Virus record (IMG/VR): IMGVR_UViG_3300045988_124839
DNA length: 44,051 nucleotides
From: a virus
Lineage: Duplodnaviria > Heunggongvirae > Uroviricota > Caudoviricetes
Reading direction: 5' to 3' (one strand)
In this document: positions 1-8,813 of the stretch, piece after piece
Numbering within the stretch: the first letter of the stretch is position 1
Layout of the letters: each line of letters begins with the position of its first letter
Position numbers and translations under genes: made by a program
The notes under the pieces: generated by a model
What the model was told of the DNA's origin: nothing
The model's database searches: none
What the model saw: only the letters and a program-made list of their open reading frames with translations

Positions 1-1
1 G

Positions 2-2284
2 CTGCAACAGGGTGGTCAGGTTAAGGACTCCTTCGGCGGGATGATCCCCATGTTCAGGGGGCTTGCCGGTGCGATCACCCTGCCGATGGTCGGGGCCACC
101 TCGCTGGCGGTGGCGACCGGTGCGCTGGCGTATGCCTGGTATCAGGGCAACTCAACCCTGTCCGATTTCAACAAAACGCTGGTCCTTTCCGGCAATCAGT
201 CGGGTCTGACGGCAGATCGTATGCTGGTCCTGTCCAGAGCCGGGCAGGCGGCAGGGCTGACGTTTAACCAGACCAGCGAGTCACTCAGCGCACTGGTTAA
301 GGCGGGAGTAAGCGGTGAGGCTCAGATTGCATCCATCAGCCAGAGTGTGGCGCGTTTCTCCTCTGCATCCGGCGTGGAGGTGGACAAGGTTGCTGAAGCC
401 TTCGGGAAGCTGACCACAGACCCGACGTCGGGGCTGACGGCGATGGCGCGCCAGTTCCATAACGTGACGGCGGAGCAGATTGCGTATGTCGCTCAGTTGC
501 AGCGTTCCGGCGATGAAGCCGGGGCATTGCAGGCGGCGAACGAGGCCGCAACGAAAGGGTTTGATGACCAGACCCGACGCCTGAAAGAGAACATGGGCAC
601 GCTGGAAACCTGGGCAGACAGGACAGCACGGGCATTCAAATCCATGTGGGATGCGGTGCTGGATATTGGTCGTCCTGATACCGCTCAGGAGATGCTGATT
701 AAGGCAGAGGCTGCGTTTAAGAAAGCAGACGACATCTGGAATCTGCGCAAGGATGATTATTTTGTTAACGATGAAGCGCGGGCGCGTTACTGGGATGATC
801 GTGAAAAGGCCCGTCTTGCGCTTGAAGCCGCCCGAAAGAAGGCTGAGCAGCAGACTCAACAGGACAAAAATGCGCAGCAGCAGAGCGATACCGAAGCGTC
901 ACGGCTGAAATATACCGAAGAGGCGCAGAAGGCTTACGAACGCCTGCAGACGCCGCTGGAGAAATATACCGCCCGTCAGGAAGAACTGAACAAGGCACTG
1001 AAAGACGGGAAAATCCTGCAGGCAGATTACAACACGCTGATGGCGGCGGCGAAAAAGGATTATGAAGCGACGCTGAAAAAGCCGAAGCAGTCCGGCGTGA
1101 AGGTGTCTGCGGGCGATCGTCAGGAAGACAGTGCTCATGCTGCCCTGCTGACGCTTCAGGCAGAACTCCGGACGCTGGAGAAGCATGCCGGAGCGAATGA
1201 GAAAATCAGCCAGCAGCGCCGGGATTTGTGGAAGGCGGAGAATCAGTTCGCGGTACTGGAGGAGGCGGCGCAACGTCGCCAGCTGTCTGCACAGGAGAAA
1301 TCCCTGCTGGCGCATAAAGATGAGACGCTGGAGTACAAACGCCAGCTGGCTGCACTTGGCGATAAGGTCACGTATCAGGAGCACCTGAATGCGCTGGCGC
1401 AGCAGGCGGATAAATTCGCACAGCAGCAACGGGCAAAACGGGCCGCCATTGATGCGAAAAGCCGGGGGCTGACTGACCGGCAGGCAGCGCGGGAAGCCAC
1501 TGAACAGCGCCTGAAGGAACAGTATGGCGATAATCCGCTGGCGCTGAATAACGTCATGTCAGAGCAGAAAAAGACCTGGGCGGCTGAAGACCAGCTTCGC
1601 GGGAGCTGGATGGCAGGCCTAAAGTCCGGCTGGAGTGAGTGGGAAGAGAGCGCCACGGACAGTATGTCTCAGGTTAAAAGTGCTGCCACGCAGACCTTTG
1701 ATGGTATTGCACAGAATATGGCGGCGATGCTGACCGGCAGTGAACAGAACTGGCGCAGCTTCACCCGTTCCGTGCTGTCCATGATGACAGAAATTCTGCT
1801 TAAGCAGGCAATGGTGGGGATTGTCGGGAGTATCGGCAGCGCCATTGGCGGTGCTGCCAGTGGTGGAGCATCAGCGTCAGGCGGTACAGCCATTCAGGCC
1901 GCTGCGGCGAAATTCCATTTTGCGACCGGGGGATTTACGGGAACCGGCGGCAAATATGAGCCAGCGGGGATTGTTCACCGTGGTGAATTTGTCTTCACAA
2001 AGGAGGCAACCAGCCGGATTGGCGTGGGGAATCTCTATCGGCTGATGCGCGGCTATGCCACCGGTGGTTATGTCGGTACACCGGGCAGTCTGGCTGACAG
2101 CCGGTCGCAGGCGTCCGGGACGTTTGAGCAGAATAACCATGTGGTGATTAACAACGACGGCACGAACGGGCAGATAGGGCCACAGGCACTGAAGGCTGTT
2201 TATGACGTAGCCCGTAAGGCGGCAATGGATGTTGTGACCGGGCAGATGCGCGATGGTGGTCTGTTCTCCGGAGGTGGACGATGA
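2..2284 (+). CDS. H: tail tape measure protein (lambda gpH-like), 5' end outside window
   Basis: Open frame continues to window edge with no upstream stop; Gly/Ala-rich C-terminus typical of gpH; directly precedes M-L-K-I-J in lambda order. Confidence 0.9.
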   Translation: MQQGGQVKDSFGGMIPMFRGLAGAITLPMVGATSLAVATGALAYAWYQGNSTLSDFNKTLVLSGNQSGLTADRMLVLSRAGQAAGLTFNQTSESLSALVKAGVSGEAQIASISQSVARFSSASGVEVDKVAEAFGKLTTDPTSGLTAMARQFHNVTAEQIAYVAQLQRSGDEAGALQAANEAATKGFDDQTRRLKENMGTLETWADRTARAFKSMWDAVLDIGRPDTAQEMLIKAEAAFKKADDIWNLRKDDYFVNDEARARYWDDREKARLALEAARKKAEQQTQQDKNAQQQSDTEASRLKYTEEAQKAYERLQTPLEKYTARQEELNKALKDGKILQADYNTLMAAAKKDYEATLKKPKQSGVKVSAGDRQEDSAHAALLTLQAELRTLEKHAGANEKISQQRRDLWKAENQFAVLEEAAQRRQLSAQEKSLLAHKDETLEYKRQLAALGDKVTYQEHLNALAQQADKFAQQQRAKRAAIDAKSRGLTDRQAAREATEQRLKEQYGDNPLALNNVMSEQKKTWAAEDQLRGSWMAGLKSGWSEWEESATDSMSQVKSAATQTFDGIAQNMAAMLTGSEQNWRSFTRSVLSMMTEILLKQAMVGIVGSIGSAIGGAASGGASASGGTAIQAAAAKFHFATGGFTGTGGKYEPAGIVHRGEFVFTKEATSRIGVGNLYRLMRGYATGGYVGTPGSLADSRSQASGTFEQNNHVVINNDGTNGQIGPQALKAVYDVARKAAMDVVTGQMRDGGLFSGGGR

Positions 2285-2610
2285 AAACCTTCCGCTGGAA
2301 AGTGAAACCCGGTATGGATGTGGCTTCGGCCCCTTCCGTAAGAAAGGTGCGCTTTGGTGATGGCTATTCCCAGCGTGCGCCTGCCGGGCTGAACGCTGAT
2401 CTGAAAACGTACAGCGTGACGCTTTCTGTTCCCCGTTGGGAGGCCACAGCGCTGGAGTCGTTTCTGGCTGAGCACGGGGGCTGGAAAGCCTTTCTGTGGA
2501 CGCCGCCTTATGAGTGGCGGCAGATAAAGGTGACCTGCGCAAAATGGTCGTCGCGGGTCAGTATGCTGCGTGTTGAGTTCAGCGCAGAGTTTGAACAGGT
2601 GGTGAACTGA
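2281..2610 (+). CDS. M: minor tail protein M
   Basis: 109 aa, N-terminus MKTFRWKVKPGMDVAS matches lambda gpM as recalled; ATGA overlap with H stop. Confidence 0.93.
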   Translation: MKTFRWKVKPGMDVASAPSVRKVRFGDGYSQRAPAGLNADLKTYSVTLSVPRWEATALESFLAEHGGWKAFLWTPPYEWRQIKVTCAKWSSRVSMLRVEFSAEFEQVVN

Positions 2611-3308
2611 TGCAGGATATCCAACAGGAAACACTGAATGAATGCACCCGTGCGGAGCAGTCGGCCAGCGTGGTGCTCTGGGAAATCGATCTGACAGAGG
2701 TCGGTGGAGAGCGTTATTTTTTCTGTAATGAGCAGAACGAAAAAGGTGAGCCGGTCACCTGGCAGGGGAGGCAGTATCAGGCGTATCCCATTCAGGGGAG
2801 CGGTTTTGAACTGAATGGCAAAGGCACCAGTACGCGGCCCACGCTGACGGTTTCTAACCTGTACGGTATGGTCACCGGGATGGCGGAAGATCTGCAGAGT
2901 CTGGTCGGCGGAACGGTGGTCCGGCGTAAGGTTTACGCCCGTTTTCTGGATGCGGTGAACTTCGTCAACGGAAACAGAGACGCCGATCCGGAGCAGGAGG
3001 TGATCAGCCGCTGGCGCATCGAGCAGTGCAGCGAACTGAGCGCGGTCAGTGCCTCTTTTGTACTGTCCACACCGACGGAAACGGATGGCTCTGTTTTTCC
3101 GGGGCGTATCATGCTGGCCAACACCTGCACCTGGACCTATCGCGGCGATGAGTGCGGTTATAGCGGTCCGGCGGTCGCGGATGAATATGACCAGCCGACG
3201 TCCGATATCACGAAGGATAAATGCAGCAAATGCCTGAGCGGCTGTAAGTTTCGCAATAACGTCGGCAACTTTGGCGGCTTCCTTTCCATTAACAAACTTT
3301 CGCAGTAA
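2610..3308 (+). CDS. L: minor tail protein L
   Basis: 232 aa, lambda gpL-like; start overlaps M stop (TGATG); conserved position. Confidence 0.93.
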   Translation: MQDIQQETLNECTRAEQSASVVLWEIDLTEVGGERYFFCNEQNEKGEPVTWQGRQYQAYPIQGSGFELNGKGTSTRPTLTVSNLYGMVTGMAEDLQSLVGGTVVRRKVYARFLDAVNFVNGNRDADPEQEVISRWRIEQCSELSAVSASFVLSTPTETDGSVFPGRIMLANTCTWTYRGDECGYSGPAVADEYDQPTSDITKDKCSKCLSGCKFRNNVGNFGGFLSINKLSQ

Positions 3309-3313
3309 ATCCC

Positions 3314-4057
3314 ATGACAGAGACAGAATCAGCGATTCTGGCGCATGCCCGGCGATGTGCGCCAGCGGAGTCGTGCGGCTTCGTGGTGAGAGCGCCGGAG
3401 GGGGAAAGATATTTCCCCTGCGTGAATATCTCCGGTGAGCCGGAGGATTATTTCCGGATGGCTCCGGAGGACTGGCTGCAGGCAGAGATGCAGGGTGAGA
3501 TTGTGGCACTGGTCCACAGTCATCCCGGTGGTCTGCCCTGGCTGAGTGAGGCTGACCGGCGGCTGCAGGTGCAGAGTGATTTGCCGTGGTGGCTGGTCTG
3601 CCGGGGGGCGATTCACAAGTTCCGCTGTGTGCCGCATCTCACCGGGCGGCGCTTTGAGTACGGGGTGACAGACTGTTACACACTGTTCCGGGATGCTTAC
3701 CATCTGGCGGGGATTGAGATGCCGGATTTTCATCGCGGGGATGACTGGTGGCGTCACGGTCAGAATCTCTATCTTGACAATATGGAGGCGACTGGTTTTT
3801 ACCGTGTCGCACTGACAGAGGCGCAGCCTGGCGACGTGCTGCTGTGCTGCTTTGGTTCATCGGTGCCGAATCATGCCGCCATTTACTGTGGTGATGGCGA
3901 GCTGCTGCACCATATTCCTGAACAACTGAGTAAACGAGAGAGGTATACCGACAAATGGCAGCGACGCACACACTCCCTCTGGCGTCACCGGGCATGGCGC
4001 GCATCTGCCTTTACGGGGATTTACAACGATTTGGCCGCCGCATCGACCTTCGTGTGA
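3314..4057 (+). CDS. K: tail tip assembly protein K (JAB/MPN-like HSHPGG motif)
   Basis: Lambda gpK-like sequence with HSHPGG metal-binding motif; start uncertain, an internal Met at 3458 would give a 199-aa product; 3' end overlaps I. Confidence 0.82.
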   Translation: MTETESAILAHARRCAPAESCGFVVRAPEGERYFPCVNISGEPEDYFRMAPEDWLQAEMQGEIVALVHSHPGGLPWLSEADRRLQVQSDLPWWLVCRGAIHKFRCVPHLTGRRFEYGVTDCYTLFRDAYHLAGIEMPDFHRGDDWWRHGQNLYLDNMEATGFYRVALTEAQPGDVLLCCFGSSVPNHAAIYCGDGELLHHIPEQLSKRERYTDKWQRRTHSLWRHRAWRASAFTGIYNDLAAASTFV

Positions 4058-4626
4058 AAACGGGGGCTGAAGCCATCCGCGCACTGGCCACACAGCTCCC
4101 GGCGTTTCGTCAGAAACTGAGCGACGGCTGGTATCAGGTACGGATTGCCGGGCGGGATGTCAGCACGTCCGGATTAACGGCGCAGTTACATGAGACTCTG
4201 CCTGATGGCGCTGTGATTCATATTGTTCCCAGAGTCGCCGGGGCCAAGTCAGGTGGTGTATTCCAGATTGTCCTGGGAGCTGCCGCCATTGCCGGATCAT
4301 TCTTTACTGCCGGAGCCACCCTTGCAGCATGGGGGGCAGCCATTGGGGCCGGTGGTATGACCGGCATCCTGTTTTCTCTCGGTGCCAGTATGGTGCTCGG
4401 TGGTGTGGCGCAGATGCTGGCACCGAAAGCCAGAACTCCCCGTACACAGACAACGGATAACGGCAAACAGAACACCTATTTCTCCTCACTGGATAACATG
4501 GTTGCCCAGGGCAATGTTTTGCCTGTTCTGTACGGTGAAATGCGTGTGGGGTCGCGGGTAGTTTCTCAGGAGATCAGCACGGCAGACGAAGGGGACGGTG
4601 GTCAGGTTGTGGTGATTGGTCGCTGA
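3955..4626 (+). CDS. I: tail assembly protein I
   Basis: 223 aa, begins MAATHTLPLASPGMARICLYGDLQRFGRRIDL as lambda gpI; Gly/Ala-rich hydrophobic C-terminus. Confidence 0.9.
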   Translation: MAATHTLPLASPGMARICLYGDLQRFGRRIDLRVKTGAEAIRALATQLPAFRQKLSDGWYQVRIAGRDVSTSGLTAQLHETLPDGAVIHIVPRVAGAKSGGVFQIVLGAAAIAGSFFTAGATLAAWGAAIGAGGMTGILFSLGASMVLGGVAQMLAPKARTPRTQTTDNGKQNTYFSSLDNMVAQGNVLPVLYGEMRVGSRVVSQEISTADEGDGGQVVVIGR

Positions 4627-4686
4627 TGCAAAATGTTTTATGTGAAACCGCCTCCGGGCGGTTTTGTCGTTTATGGAGCATGACGA

Positions 4687-7600
4687 ATGGGTAAAGGCAG
4701 CAGTAAGGGGCATACCCCGCGCGAAGCGAAGGATAACCTGAAATCCACGCAGTTACTGAGTGTGATCGATGCCATCAGCGAAGGGCCGATTGAAGGTCCG
4801 GTGGATGGATTAAAAAGCGTGCTGCTGAACAGTACGCCGGTGCTGGACAGTGAGGGGAATACCAATATATCCGGTGTCACGGTGGTGTTCCGGGCAGGTG
4901 AGCAGGAGCAGACACCGCCGGAGGGATTTGAATCCTCCGGTTCCGAGACGGTGCTGGGTACGGAAGTGAAATATGACACGCCGATCACCCGGACCATCAC
5001 GTCGGCAAACATCGACCGTCTGCGCTTTACCTTCGGTGTGCAGGCACTGGTGGAAACCACCTCAAAGGGGGACAGGAATCCATCGGAAGTCCGCCTGCTG
5101 GTTCAGATACAGCGTAACGGTGGCTGGGTGACAGAAAAAGACATCACCATTAAGGGCAAAACCACCTCGCAGTATCTGGCCTCGGTGGTGGTGGATAACC
5201 TGCCGCCGCGCCCGTTTAATATCCGGATGCGCAGGATGACGCCGGACAGCACCACAGACCAGCTGCAGAACAAAACGCTCTGGTCGTCATACACCGAAAT
5301 CATCGATGTGAAACAGGGCTACCCGAACACGGCACTGGTCGGCGTACAGGTGGATTCGGAGCAGTTCGGCAGCCAGCAGGTGAGCCGTAATTATCATCTT
5401 CGCGGGCGCATTCTGCAGGTGCCGTCGAACTATAACCCGCAGACGCGGCAATACAGCGGTATCTGGGACGGGACGTTTAAACCGGCATACAGCAACAACA
5501 TGGCCTGGTGTCTGTGGGATATGCTGACCCATCCGCGCTACGGCATGGGGAAACGTCTTGGTGCGGCGGATGTGGATAAATGGGCGCTGTATGTCATCGG
5601 CCAGAATTGCGACCAGTCGGTGCCGGACGGCTTTGGCGGCACGGAGCCGCGCATCACCTGTAACGCTTACCTGACCACACAGCGCAAGGCGTGGGATGTG
5701 CTCAGTGATTTCTGCTCGGCGATGCGCTGTATGCCGGTATGGAACGGGCAGACGCTGACGTTCGTGCAGGACCGGCCGTCGGATAAGGTGTGGACCTATA
5801 ACCGCAGTAATGTGGTGATGCCGGATGATGGCGCGCCGTTCCGCTACAGTTTCAGCGCCCTGAAGGACCGCCATAATGCCGTTGAGGTGAACTGGATTGA
5901 CCCGAACAACGGCTGGGAGACGGCGACAGAGCTTGTTGAAGATACGCAGGCCATTCTCCGTTACGGTCGTAACGTCACGAAGATGGACGCCTTTGGCTGT
6001 ACCAGCCGGGGGCAGGCACACCGCGCCGGGCTGTGGCTGATTAAAACAGAACTGCTGGAAACGCAGACCGTGGATTTCAGCGTCGGCGCAGAAGGGCTTC
6101 GCCATGTGCCGGGCGATGTCATTGAAATCTGTGATGATGACTATGCCGGTATCAGCACCGGTGGTCGCGTGCTGGCGGTGAACAGCCAGACCCGGACGCT
6201 GACGCTCGACCGTGAAATCACGCTGCCATCCTCCGGTACCACGCTGATAAGCCTGGTTGACGGAAGTGGCAATCCGGTCAGCGTGGAGGTTCAGTCCGTC
6301 ACCGACGGCGTGAAGGTAAAAGTGAGCCGTGTTCCTGACGGTGTTGCTGAATACAGCGTATGGGGGCTGAAGCTGCCGACGCTGCGCCAGCGACTGTTCC
6401 GCTGCGTGAGTATCCGTGAGAACGACGACGGCACGTATGCCATCACCGCCGTGCAGCATGTGCCGGAAAAAGAGGCCATCGTGGATAACGGGGCGCACTT
6501 TGACGGCGAACAGAGTGGCACGGTGAACGGTGTCACGCCGCCAGCGGTGCAGCACCTGACCGCAGAAGTCACTGCAGACAGCGGGGAATATCAGGTGCTG
6601 GCGCGATGGGACACACCGAAGGTGGTGAAGGGCGTGAGCTTCCTGCTCCGTCTGACCGTAACAGCGGACGACGGCAGTGAGCGGCTGGTCAGCACGGCCC
6701 GGACGACGGAAACCACATACCGCTTCACGCAACTGGCGCTGGGGAACTACAGGCTGACAGTCCGGGCGGTAAATGCGTGGGGGCAGCAGGGAGATCCGGC
6801 GTCGGTATCGTTCCGGATTGCCGCACCGGCAGCACCGTCGCGGATTGAGCTGACGCCGGGCTATTTTCAGATAACCGCAACGCCGCATCTTGCCGTTTAT
6901 GATCCGACGGTACAGTTTGAGTTCTGGTTCTCGGAAAAGCGGATTACGGATATCAGGCAGGTTGAAACCAGCGCACGTTATCTTGGTACGGCGCTGTACT
7001 GGATAGCCGCCAGTATCAATATCAAGCCGGGCCATGATTATTATTTTTACATCCGCAGTGTGAACACCGTTGGCAAATCGGCATTCGTGGAGGCTGTCGG
7101 TCGGGCGAGCGATGATGCAGAAGGTTACCTGGATTTTTTCAAAGGCCAGATAACCGAATCCCATCTCGGCAAGGAGCTGCTGGAAAAAGTCGACCTGACG
7201 GAGGATAACGCCAGCAGACTGGATGAGTTTTCGAAAGAGTGGAAAGATGCCAACGATAAATGGAATGCCATGTGGGGCGTCAAAATTGAGCAGACCAAAG
7301 ACGGCAAACATTATGTCGCGGGGCTTGGCCTCAGCATGGAGGATACGGAGGAAGGCAAACTGAGTCAGTTCCTGGTTGCCGCTAACCGTATCGCGTTTAT
7401 TGACCCGGCAAACGGGAATGAAACGCCGATGTTTGTGGCGCAGGGCAACCAGATATTCATGAATGAAGTGTTCCTGAAATATCTGACGGCTCCCACCATT
7501 ACCAGCGGCGGTAATCCTCCGGCATTTTCCCTGACACCGGACGGGCGGCTGACGGCAAAAAATGCCGATATCAGCGGTAACGTGAATGCGAACTCCGGGA

Positions 7601-8082
7601 CGCTCAACAACGTCACGATTAACGAGAACTGCCGGGTTCTGGGAAAACTGTCCGCGAACCAGATTGAAGGCGATCTCGTTAAAACAGTGGGCAAAGCTTT
7701 CCCCCGGGACTCCCGTGCACCGGAACGGTGGCCATCAGGGACCATTACCGTCAGGGTTTATGACGATCAGCCGTTTGACCGGCAAATTGTTATTCCAGCG
7801 GTGGCTTTCAGCGGTGCCAGACATGAACGGGAGAATAGCGATACTTATTCGTCATGCCGCCTGATAGTGAAGAAAAACGGGGCTGAAATTTATAACCGAA
7901 CGGCTCTGGATAATACTCTGATTTACACGGGTGTTATTGATATGCCTGCAGGCAGTGGCGTAATGACACTGGAGTTTTCGGTATCAGCATGGTGGGTAAA
8001 TGGCTGGTATCCCACAGCAAGTATCAGCGATTTGCTGGTTGTGGTGATGAAGAAAGCCACCGCAGGCATCAGTATCAGCTGA
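4687..8082 (+). CDS. J: host specificity / central tail fiber protein J
   Basis: 1131 aa, lambda gpJ-like over most of its length; C-terminal ~150 aa diverged from lambda J. Confidence 0.95.
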   Translation: MGKGSSKGHTPREAKDNLKSTQLLSVIDAISEGPIEGPVDGLKSVLLNSTPVLDSEGNTNISGVTVVFRAGEQEQTPPEGFESSGSETVLGTEVKYDTPITRTITSANIDRLRFTFGVQALVETTSKGDRNPSEVRLLVQIQRNGGWVTEKDITIKGKTTSQYLASVVVDNLPPRPFNIRMRRMTPDSTTDQLQNKTLWSSYTEIIDVKQGYPNTALVGVQVDSEQFGSQQVSRNYHLRGRILQVPSNYNPQTRQYSGIWDGTFKPAYSNNMAWCLWDMLTHPRYGMGKRLGAADVDKWALYVIGQNCDQSVPDGFGGTEPRITCNAYLTTQRKAWDVLSDFCSAMRCMPVWNGQTLTFVQDRPSDKVWTYNRSNVVMPDDGAPFRYSFSALKDRHNAVEVNWIDPNNGWETATELVEDTQAILRYGRNVTKMDAFGCTSRGQAHRAGLWLIKTELLETQTVDFSVGAEGLRHVPGDVIEICDDDYAGISTGGRVLAVNSQTRTLTLDREITLPSSGTTLISLVDGSGNPVSVEVQSVTDGVKVKVSRVPDGVAEYSVWGLKLPTLRQRLFRCVSIRENDDGTYAITAVQHVPEKEAIVDNGAHFDGEQSGTVNGVTPPAVQHLTAEVTADSGEYQVLARWDTPKVVKGVSFLLRLTVTADDGSERLVSTARTTETTYRFTQLALGNYRLTVRAVNAWGQQGDPASVSFRIAAPAAPSRIELTPGYFQITATPHLAVYDPTVQFEFWFSEKRITDIRQVETSARYLGTALYWIAASINIKPGHDYYFYIRSVNTVGKSAFVEAVGRASDDAEGYLDFFKGQITESHLGKELLEKVDLTEDNASRLDEFSKEWKDANDKWNAMWGVKIEQTKDGKHYVAGLGLSMEDTEEGKLSQFLVAANRIAFIDPANGNETPMFVAQGNQIFMNEVFLKYLTAPTITSGGNPPAFSLTPDGRLTAKNADISGNVNANSGTLNNVTINENCRVLGKLSANQIEGDLVKTVGKAFPRDSRAPERWPSGTITVRVYDDQPFDRQIVIPAVAFSGARHERENSDTYSSCRLIVKKNGAEIYNRTALDNTLIYTGVIDMPAGSGVMTLEFSVSAWWVNGWYPTASISDLLVVVMKKATAGISIS

Positions 8083-8101
8083 ATTTTATAACCCCAATAC
8101 G

Positions 8102-8128
8102 GGCGTCAGAAATGACGCCTTTTTTATT
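8102..8128 (+). terminator. rho-independent terminator after J
   Basis: Hairpin GGCGTCAGAAATGACGCC followed by TTTTTTATT. Confidence 0.7.
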
Positions 8129-8149
8129 GCAGAAAAGCGAGAGGTAATT

Positions 8150-8749
8150 ATGCGTAAATTATGTGCTGTTATTCTGTCCGCAGTAGTCTGGCTGGTTGCC
8201 GTTGGTACGCCAGCGAGCGCAGCAGAGCATCAGTCCACACTAAGCGCCGGGTATCTTCAGGCCCATACTGATATGCCAGGCAGTGATGACCTGAAGGGCA
8301 TTAACGTGAAATACCGTTATGAATTTACGGACACGCTGGGGCTGGTGACGTCATTCAGTTATGCCAATGCCAAAGATGAGCAAAAAACGCATTACAGCGA
8401 TACCCGCTGGCATGAAGATTCAGTGCGTAACCGCTGGTTCAGCATGATGGCGGGGCCATCTGTACGCGTGAATGAATGGTTCAGTGCTTATGCGATGGCA
8501 GGTGTGGCTTACAGCCGTGTTTCGACGTTCTCCGGGGATTATCTCCGCGTAACTGACAACAAGGGGAAAACGCACGATGTGCTGACCGGAAGTGATGACG
8601 ATCGCCACAGCAACACGTCTCTGGCGTGGGGAGCTGGCGTGCAGTTTAACCCGACCGAATCCGTGGCCATTGATATTGCTTATGAAGGCTCCGGCAGTGG
8701 CGACTGGCGCACTGACGGTTTCATCGTGGGTGTCGGTTATAAGTTCTGA
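8150..8749 (+). CDS. lom: Lom/Ail family outer membrane protein
   Basis: 199 aa with signal peptide (MRKLCAVILSAVVWLVAVGTPASA), beta-barrel-like alternating pattern, C-terminal ...GYKF; lambda lom position after J. Confidence 0.9.
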   Translation: MRKLCAVILSAVVWLVAVGTPASAAEHQSTLSAGYLQAHTDMPGSDDLKGINVKYRYEFTDTLGLVTSFSYANAKDEQKTHYSDTRWHEDSVRNRWFSMMAGPSVRVNEWFSAYAMAGVAYSRVSTFSGDYLRVTDNKGKTHDVLTGSDDDRHSNTSLAWGAGVQFNPTESVAIDIAYEGSGSGDWRTDGFIVGVGYKF

Positions 8750-8776
8750 TTAGCCAGGTAACACAGTGTTATGACA

Positions 8777-8802
8777 GCCCGCCGGTTCAGGCGGGCTTTT
8801 TT
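8777..8802 (+). terminator. rho-independent terminator after lom
   Basis: GCCCGCC-GGTTCAG-GGCGGGC hairpin followed by TTTTTT. Confidence 0.7.
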
Positions 8803-8813
8803 GTGGAGTGGAT

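Noticed and set aside
877-2634. Several - strand ORFs (93-221 aa) overlapping the tape measure gene
   Set aside because: Antisense to the H reading frame, Arg/Ser/Pro-rich, no start context; typical GC-rich artefacts.
5287-7311. 674-aa ORF on the - strand entirely inside J
   Set aside because: Antisense to a well-supported lambda-like J gene; Arg/Pro-rich composition typical of spurious ORFs in GC-rich coding DNA; no RBS or start context.
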